From assembly GCF_009914755.1 (NCBI RefSeq), contig NC_060926.1: a stretch of DNA of 64,000 bases; one strand, given 5' to 3'. Positions 55,447-64,000 of this stretch are shown here, in pieces. Numbering within the stretch: the first letter of the stretch is position 1; every line of letters starts with the position of its first letter. A program made the translations under genes and the position numbers. The notes beneath the pieces were generated by a model, which had not been told where the DNA came from, did not search any database, and was given only the letters and a program-made list of their open reading frames with translations. The stretch is from the human T2T-CHM13v2.0 reference genome, Homo sapiens.

Positions 55447-56517
55447 CTACCCTGTCTGATGAAATTGTGTTTTGCTTATTTGTCTGTAGACAAGAAGCTC
55501 AAGGAGAGCAGAGGTCTTGTCTATTTCATGTGCTTCATCTCCAGCTTTTAGATTAAGACTTGCTACAAAGCAAAACAGAATTCAATAAATGTTTTGCATG
55601 AAATAATTAATTTTACCAGGAAGTAGAGATACAGAGAGGTTCTGTAAACTTTCCAAGGTCATAAATGCTTATCTGTCAAAACCCACTCACGGGATCTCAG
55701 TCACAGCCCACAGATTTTTTACCACACAGGTAGAGAATGCATTGTGATATGCTGTTAAAGCCAGAAGGGAGAATTAAATTACTATTCACATCTAGCTAGT
55801 TACTCTTCCTTTGCTACTCCCCTTCCCCACCCCTCGTTCCTACCCCCCATCCATTCGCTGCCTTTTTCTGCTCTGCTCTGTACTTCCCAGTACTGAAGTC
55901 CACAGAAAAAAAGGTCACTCTGGCTTTCTCGCTCTTAACTCCTTTGGGTTTAGCTAATGGGAAGAGATTGGGGGCAGGGTGGAAGAAGTGAGACATAGGG
56001 GTATTTTGATCCTCCCTTCCTTTCCAGCCGTAGCTGAGTTCTACGTTTCTGGTTCCTATTCCTGTTGGGCAGTCTTATATCCACAGCTCTAAGCTCTGAC
56101 TTTCATACACGGTTATAGTAACACTTCCTGCTATTGCTCCACCTACCACTTCCTGAGTGTTCCAACATCCCCTCTTGGTTCCCTTAACCCTGCCTACCCC
56201 TCTGTGAACAGTTCCTTCATTATGCTTTCTTCGGTGAAGGGTTCAAGGTTGCTCTGTGCTTCCTGTCAGGACTCTGATACACAATTTTATCATAACACTT
56301 CCTATAATATATTGAAGTTAGTGATCACATATATTCTTAATAAATACTTTTCTATTATAATTTCTTGAATTATAATTTCATAAGATATAACTGATCAGAA
56401 GATTCTGCTAAACAATATTTTGGGGTAAACTACAGGTTGGGAATCTATAAAATAAGTCATGATGATAGTGGAAATTCAACATTTCTAGAAGTCTATCTAA
56501 AATGTACATGACAATAC

Positions 56518-57390
56518 CTGAAACCAGTCAATGGTACAGCAGTTAACAAGAGCAGGGAACTTTCTAAGACGATTCCGAAATGCATCTCCAATGGGACTCA
56601 TGGCAAGGACCACATGCAGTTGGCTGCGGCAATGATCAATAAACATGTTGAAAAGGGCTATGGGGCTGCCATCTGTTTGCTTGGTTTTATCCCGCTGGCG
56701 ATCTAACTGACGCATCTTATCACATATCTCTTGCTTCTCATCTAATGCAAAGAGATTTGGAATCTCCCCAGCATTTAGCAGATTACTGACATCTTCCAGA
56801 AAAGACTCTTCTTTAATTTGAGTATCTGTAAACAGGAAGACACCCTGCATCTCACCTTCCGCACATTTCCTTAAGATCACTTTTAAATCTTCATGCCATT
56901 CAGTAGTATCATACCCCTTAGAGATTTCAACTTGGAAAACTGAATAATCAGCCATGTGGGCAGCTAATCTGGTGACAGACTGCCTTCCACTCCCTCCAAC
57001 CCCTACTAGGAGAGCATGGCTGCGAGGCTGCTTCAGGATCCTGGAAATTCTGCTGATGTGCTCTATGGCAAATCGAAACAAGACAAGGTTCATGGGTTTT
57101 TTGCTTATATTGTTGTATTCTTCTAGGTGAATTTCTACTATCATTCGAAGATTATCCACATCTGCGATTTCTCTGTAGTTGGTATCCTCCCTCTTGGGAT
57201 CATGGAAATCACAAAACATTAAGCTGCGTAAGTCATCTGCTTCCACCATGCCATCATTATCAAAATCCAAACGCTGAAAAAGCTCATGAAAATCTTCATA
57301 CATGTAGTTTCTCAAAATTTCTTGAATGTAGTTGATGAGCCAGCTTCTGTCTGTATTGTCCAGAAGGCGGTCATAATACACTCGAAGGAC
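56518..57390 (-). CDS. DNAH7: Axonemal dynein heavy chain exon (873 nt): end of AAA3 lid plus AAA4 ([10 protein letters not shown]...GVGGSGRQS...CCTIDWFQ)
   Basis: Acceptor tatacag|GTC and donor CAG|gtattg; phase 0-0; dynein AAA4 motifs [11 protein letters not shown] and [13 protein letters not shown]. Confidence 0.95.
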
Positions 57391-58057
57391 CTGTATAATA
57401 ATTAAAAAGCAGCTTTAGAAACTTTCTTCTGATTTTTAAGAAAGTGTTATTATATCTGTGCTAATCTCAGGTAATAAAAATATTAGAAAATTTCTGCAGG
57501 TTTTATTAAAAGTATATCCAAATAATCAGGACTGATTCACAATAATGTTATTTTAAATGTTAATTTTAACTCTATATTTAGAATAATAAGGTTATAGTCA
57601 GTTATCAATCAATGAAAGGTAATTTTGGGGGTGGGAGCTGAAGCAGATGTAGAGATGCTAAGAGAATTAAGGCCTTGAGAAGTTAGTGACTGCCTTTGCT
57701 GGCTGCTCAGATGTGGATAGCAGAGCTGGGCACCAGTACCCAGGGGGTACCCAACACCTTTCCAGTGATGTTTCCTTTTTCTAAGATAGATAACATTTTG
57801 AAAGTTATTGACAAATCAATAGTTTTTGCTTTTGTTTTTGTTTTTCAAAAAGCACATTTTCTAGAACAGGAAATGTCTTGGGTAGAGGGAGAGTTGTTTG
57901 GGATACCTGTTAATTATTTTTGTTTTAAGTCGTTACAGAGAGCAATCTACTAAAATAAATCTCCGGTTATATGCACATGTTATGGGACTGCAAGAAACAT
58001 CAGGCTTGCTACATGTAGCAACTGTTTTCTTAAAGAAGTGTGTCCCAGGGGTACAGT

Positions 58058-58410
58058 CTATTTTGGACTGAATTGTGTCCCCCCAAAATTCTTATGTTGA
58101 AGCCATAACTCTCAATGTGACTGGATTTGGGGATAGGGCCTTTAAGGAAGCAATTAAGGTTAAATTAAGTCATAAGGGTAGGGCCCTAATCTTATAGGAT
58201 AGTGTCCTTATAAGGAGAGGAAGAGGCATTAAAGCGCTCTCTCCCTCTCTCTCTCTGGTTCTTGTTTCTGTTGGGCAGCCCTTATATGCACAGAGGAAGG
58301 GCCATGTGAGGACACAGAGACAAGGTGGCTTTAGCAAGCCAGCGTGAGAAAATAAATTTCTGTTGTTTAAGCCACTTAGTCTGTATTATTTTGTTAATGG
58401 CCAACTAATA
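58058..58410 (+). mobile_element. MLT1B MaLR LTR
   Basis: ggactgaattgtgtccccc...aataaatttctgttgtttaagccac...aactaataca. Confidence 0.8.
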
Positions 58411-59144
58411 CATATATGCTATAAATAATGCATATTTCGTCAGTGGAACGTTGGATCCTTACTCTGCTCTACCATTTTGAGTAAATCACTGAAAATGTCT
58501 GCATCAACTTCTTCACCTATAAAATAGAAGTAGTATTACCTACCTCGCAAATCTCATAGATTTGGGGAAAAAGTAACATGACAAAATATGTGAAAACACT
58601 GTAGAATTCAAATAGATAATTACTGCAAATTGCCCTAGCATTAAGGTTAATGGTGTTCAGGAATCGTGGTTTTAGTGTATTGTTATCAAATTGATGATTT
58701 CATAGTGTTATCCTTTTTTTTTTTCACTAATAGTGTCTGCATAAGCAAATGGTATTATTTAAACTTCCTTCTTATTCCAACCAGTTCAAAAGTTATTTCT
58801 CTGTGAGACAATCTAATTTCCCAATACATGCCAATGGCCAATCTTTGAATTGAGGTACTTAAGATCTCAGACAATATTCCTAAATTAAGTCAACTTCATG
58901 TATCAGGATCAATGCCTAAGCATGAAACAAGTATATTATTATCTAGCTGGCAGTTTAGCAAGAACCTATAGCAGCATTTCTCAAAGACAGTCAACACATC
59001 TGCATTAAAATCATCTGAGGTACTTATTCAAAATGCAAATTCCTGGGCCCCACAGTGGATCTGTTGACTTAAAAACACAGAGGATGATTCCTGGGAATAT
59101 CTTTCCATTTCTTTTTGTTTTTTCTTTTTCCTTATTTAAGGTAC

Positions 59145-59487
59145 AGATATGGTTTGGCTGTGTTCCCACCTAAATCTCATCTTGAATTCCCACGTGTTGT
59201 GGGAGGAACCTGGTGGGAGGCAATTGAATCATGGGGTGGGTCTTTCCCGTGCTGTTCTTATGATAGTGAATAAGTCTCACGAGACCTGATGGTTTTAAAA
59301 AGGGGAGTTTCCCTGCACAATCTCTCTTCTCCTGTCTGCCACCATGTGAGAGATGCCTTTCACCTTCCACCATGATTGTGAGGCATCACTAGACATGTGG
59401 AACTGTAAGTCCAATAAACCTCTTTCTTTTGTAAATTGCCCAGTCTCGGGTATGTCTTTATCAGCAGCATGAAAATGGACTAATACA
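59145..59487 (+). mobile_element. THE1B solo LTR
   Basis: gatatggtttggctgtg...atggactaataca; perfect 5-bp TSD GGTAC. Confidence 0.92.
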
Positions 59488-60458
59488 GGTACAACAATCT
59501 TAAGTGTACAGCTCAAAGAATTTTGGCACACAGTTATACATCCATGTAACCACCACCAAGATCAAGATATAAAATTTCCAGCACCTTAGTAAGCTCCCTC
59601 ATGCTCACTACTGTTGGTCCCTGCTTTCCTCCCTCCCCAACAAGGAACCATTATTCTATCACCACCTCTCACATCTTAAAAAGTTGACACTTAAAACTTT
59701 CTATTATAAATCTAAATTGTTGCAAAGGATATAATTTCTGGTATATTTATATTGTAATTTGTGCTTTGAATTTATTTACCTCAAAGTCTTGATTGCAGAC
59801 TTTTAAAATTGAGATATAATTCATGGACCATAAAATTCATTCTTTAAAAGAATACAGAATCAGAATATTCACAAAGTTGTGCAACCATCACAACTATCTC
59901 CCTCCAGAACTTTATCATCACCCCAGAAAGAAACCTGGTACCCAATAGAAGCTACTTCTCATTACCACCAGCCCTGGCCAACACTAATCTATTTACTATC
60001 TCTATGGAACTAACTTGCTTATTCTGGATATATGATATAAATGAATCATATCATAGGTGACCTTTTGTGTATGGACTTTTTAACTTAGCACAATGTTTCT
60101 AGGTTCATCTATGTTGTAGGATATATGAGTATTTCTTTTTAGGACTGAATACAATTCCACAGTATGTATTTACAATATTTTGTTTGTCCACTCATCAGCT
60201 GATGGATATTTGGGTTGTTTCTACTTTTTGGCTATTATAAATAATTCTGCTAATAATATTCATGTACAAGTTTTTGCATGGACATGTATCAGTTCTTCTG
60301 GGTCCACAGTTAGGAGTGGAACTGCTAGGTCATATGGTAACCCTATGTTTTAACCTTTTGATGACCTACCAAACTGTTTTCTATATTACATTACTGCCAG
60401 CTATGTATGAGGGTTCCAATTCTTCCACATGCTCACCAACACTGTTCTATTATTCATC

Positions 60459-60752
60459 TTTTTTTTTTTTTTTTTTTTTTTTGAGACAGAGTCTCGCTCT
60501 GTCACCCAGGTTGGAGTGCAGTGGTGCGATCTCGGCTCACTGCAAGCTCCGCCTCCCGGGTTCACGCCATTCTCCTGCCTCAGCCTCTCTGAGTAGCTGG
60601 GACTACAGGTGCCCGCCACCACACCCGGCTAATTTTTTGTATTTTTAGTAGAGACAGGGTTTCACCATGGTCTCGATCTCCTGACCTCATGATCCGCCTG
60701 CCTCGGCCTCCCAAAGTGCTGGGATTACAGGTGTGAGCCACCACGCCTGGCC
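60459..60752 (-). mobile_element. AluY with a small left-arm deletion
   Basis: tgcaagctccgcctcccgggttcacgccattc; TSD tattattcatctttt. Confidence 0.92.
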
Positions 60753-61370
60753 TATTATTCATCTTTTTTATTACAGCCATCCTATTGAGTGTGAAAGGTA
60801 CTTAATGGCAGTTTTGATTTGTATTTCCCTAATGACTAATCATGTCCTTATTGGCCATTTGTATATCATCTTTGGAGCGATGTCTTTGAATCCTTTGCTC
60901 ACTTTTAAATTGCATTATTAGTCTTTTATTGTTGAGTTATAACAGTTCTTTATGTATTGTGGATACTAGATACTTAACAGTTTATATGATTTGCAGGTAT
61001 TTTATCCCATTCTATATATTGTCTTTTCATTTTTTGGATGGTGTTTTTTGAAGCATAAAATTTTTTAATTTTGATGAAACATATTCATCTATTTTGGGGG
61101 TCTTGTTTTTGCAGAATATCTGTATTTAACAAGCAAACCAGGTGATACGTGCATTAACTAATGTCTCAGAGCCATGGAGAAGCCAAAGGGAATGAGTTGT
61201 CAGTTTTATACCTTAGAAACCATTTAGTGAAATTATATAAGGTTATCTAGTATGATAATGATGTCTGGAAAGGAAAAAGACATGTAAAGTAGTCTCTAAC
61301 ATATATTAAACCCTGAAGAAATATTTTCTGAGTGAACAGAAATAAAGCACAAATTAGTGTTAAGTTCAAT

Positions 61371-61694
61371 TGTTGCAGGACTTTTCCTTAGTTCAGCTAA
61401 AGGTGGGGTCCTTGTTACACAGCCATGAAAATTTTGCCTCACAGACTATTTGAATGGTGAGTAAAACAGGTTTTATTGAGTGAAAGTGAAGAAAAGGGGG
61501 AAACAGGGACTCTCCACAAGGCCAGCGTCCCTTCTAGAGTGCTTCCCACCCTGCAGATTGAATCCCAGGTTCCATCCAGGAAGAAGAGGGGCCAGGCTCC
61601 TCCCCACTGCAAACAGCATGAACTTCTGTGGTTCCACCCCAGTGCACTGGCTGGCTGGAGTTTCTCGGGGGATCCCTTCCCACCTACTGTCTCA
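61371..61694 (-). mobile_element. MER61 (ERV1) solo LTR
   Basis: Minus strand starts tgagacagtaggtgggaagggatccccc; perfect 4-bp TSD CAAT. Confidence 0.85.
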
Positions 61695-61699
61695 CAATT

Positions 61700-62850
61700 A
61701 CCTCATATTTTTAAAGATGTTGAGAATAATGTACCAAACATCCTTCTTGGCACTGCAGTAAGAAAAAAAAAAAGAGAGAGGAAAATCTCTGCTCTCATGG
61801 GGCTTGCCTGCTATCTGAGGGAGATGAACAACACATATAACGAATGAATTCTACAACATGTTGGACGTTGGAAAATATTATGAAAAGAAGTAAAATAGGA
61901 CAGGATAAGAAAGACTGGAACTACTAGGATAGGGGAGGGGAGTCAGGCTGTGGTATTAAAAAGCTTCAACTAGAAAGAAGAATTTGATCAAAGGCAGGGA
62001 AGGAGCTATTCCAGAGCATCAATATCTGGGGGAAATATTGCAGGCAGAAGAGAATAGCCAGGAGACCTGTACTGCTGGTGAAAGGGGGATGAGGATGAGA
62101 GCAGGAGGCAGCCTGAGGGGAACAGGCTAAGAGGAACACATCCCAGATCCCATGGGCCACTGGACTTTTATCTGAAATTCCTCTGAATGAAGTAGGGTGC
62201 TAATACAAGGTTTTGAGCTGAGGACTAAATTCATTATGTTTTATATAGGTATGTATAAATATGAAGTAGTAAACCTCACTAAATGCCCAAAGAGCTCAAC
62301 AACCATTATCAAAACTCAATAATCTGACATCTAAAGCAGCACAGAATCTAAAAAACTCTTAAAAGTAATTATGTCTAACACATATACAATAGCACAAACA
62401 ACCTATTCCCATGATTGGAAGAAAGCACTGTTATGTATAATCTCAAGTGACAGAACATGTCATGTGTAGCAAGCCTGCCTGCCTTCCTCTCTTTATGCAC
62501 TCATTCATTCACCAATATTTATTGAGTGTTTTCTGTGTGCCAGGCACTGGGAAAACCAGCGCATAAATATAACTGCTATTCTCATAAAGTTTCTATTATT
62601 GCAAAGACAATAAGTAAGCCCCAAATTTAGAAGGTGTCAGGTGATGTTCAATGTTATGAAGAACAAAGCAAGGTAAGCAGTAAAAAATCAAGGGGGGTAG
62701 GGATGGCCCAAAGCAAGCTTGCATGAAAAGGGGGTATTTCAGCAAAAATCTGAAGGAAGGAAGTGGGCAAGCCTGCAGATAACAGAGAAAGAGTGTTCTA
62801 GGCAGAAGGAATATCAAGGGCAAAGTTACTGAGGTGGAGGATGCCAAATG
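61700..62850 (-). mobile_element. L2 fragments
   Basis: tcattcattcaccaatatttattgagtgttttctgtgtgccaggcactgg and purine-rich L2-like sequence. Confidence 0.6.
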
Positions 62851-62905
62851 CTTCCTCGTGAGTTAGATTCACCCATGACAAAATGCTGCCTTCAGCAATG
62901 CAATC

Positions 62906-63264
62906 TGCTATGGTTTCAATGTTTATGTTCCCCCTAAATTTATATGTTGAAATCCTCACCCCCAAGGTGATAGTATTGCAGTGGAGACTCTGGGAGGTAA
63001 TTAGGTCATGGGAGCAGAACCCTCATGAATGGAATTAGTGCCTTTATAAAAGAGGCCAGAGAGCCCATTGCCCCTTCCACCATTTGAGGACATGGTGAGA
63101 AGGCACCACCTATAACTAGAAAACAATCCCTCACCAGACATGAAATCTGCCAGTGCCTTGATCTTGAACTTTCCAGCCTCCAGAACTGTGAGAAATTAAT
63201 TTCAGTTTGTTGACAAGCCACCCAGTTTAGGTACGTTTTATAACAGCCTGAATGGACTAAGGCA
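62906..63264 (+). mobile_element. MLT1A0-like MaLR LTR
   Basis: tgctatggtttcaatgtttatg...gcctgaatggactaaggca. Confidence 0.8.
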
Positions 63265-63691
63265 TGCTCCTTGAATGAATTCAGCATCATCCTCCCTGTT
63301 CACTTCCCCCACACTCTCCAGCTCTCAGTACATTTCTATTACCCATGTGGCCCCCAAACACAAGCCTGCATCCGTATCCTGGGAAGTGGGTCCCATTCAG
63401 GCAATTAGGTAACCTGCTGTGGAGTGCTATAAGAATCTCTACATCATCCTTTCCAAAGAATCACTTTTGGAGACCTTGTTGTGGCCAAAACATGCAAGTG
63501 GAACGGATCTTCACGTGGACATATATTTGAATGTGTGATGATTTAGGAATTCAAACTGTATATCTAAAAAGTCCAGAGAAACTGGATTTTTAAAAGACCT
63601 TTTGAAATTTATATCTCTGTAGTACATGGTTTTAACACAGTAGCACATTCTCGTGTTCTATGTTTCTTAACTGCATATTAAAATTAAAATA

Positions 63692-63825
63692 AGGGTCTTG
63701 CTCTATCACCCAGGCTGAAGCGCAGTGGTGCCATCATAGCTCACTGCATCCTCAAACTCCTAACTTCAAGCAATTCTCCCGCCTCAGCCTCCTGAAGTGC
63801 TGGGATTACAGGCATGAGCCTCCTC
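63692..63825 (-). mobile_element. Alu monomer (FLAM/FAM-like)
   Basis: Single arm: gggtcttgctctatcacccagg...gggattacaggcatgagcc. Confidence 0.75.
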
Positions 63826-64000
63826 TACCACTTCTTATAAGAAAATGCTCATCCACATACCTATTCCCAAGAGAGCTTAAATACATTTTTATATAGTTTC
63901 TATGCTCTCAAGAATTTGCTTTGCAATTCTTTTGGCATCTAGTAATACTATACAAATAAGTAATGTAAAAAAAAAAAACCACATTCACTTCTTATAAAAA

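Larger units (their letters stand above)
59105..61110 (-). mobile_element. L1MB-like 3' region inserted into a MER5A (halves at about 58972-59104 and 61111-61177)
   Basis: Reverse L1M 3'UTR motifs; gaatatct repeated at both ends. Confidence 0.7.

Noticed and set aside
56977-57003. AAA4 Walker [10 protein letters not shown] with Arg in place of Lys
   Set aside because: Degenerate AAA4 P-loops of this form are usual in axonemal dyneins; not a lesion or a novelty
61476-61847. 123-aa and 93-aa plus-strand ORFs
   Set aside because: They lie in the MER61 LTR and adjacent L2 sequence; no protein family similarity recognised

Overview
Primate (most likely human) genomic DNA. It lies entirely inside one large minus-strand gene encoding an axonemal inner-arm dynein heavy chain, which I recognise as DNAH7 from recalled protein sequence. 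Thirteen coding exons (57390 down to 1046) splice in consistent phase into 3450 nt / 1150 codons, covering the end of AAA3, AAA4, the coiled-coil stalk with its microtubule-binding domain, AAA5 and the buttress region. Neither end of the gene is in the window. Introns are filled with Alu, L1, MIR/L2, LTR (LTR8, LTR47, MER61, THE1B, MLT1/2) and hAT elements, often nested; subfamily names come from recalled consensus sequences, not from a search. I found no new protein-coding system, and almost all other ORFs in the track are repeat-derived. The most notable observations are: a non-canonical GC donor, an excess of AAG/GAG acceptors, a very degraded Ty3/Gypsy pol fossil, two short locally copied insertions in one intron (one at the centre of an AT palindrome), a fold-back junction between inverted Alus next to an exon, and two tiny TSD-flanked retroposed inserts.
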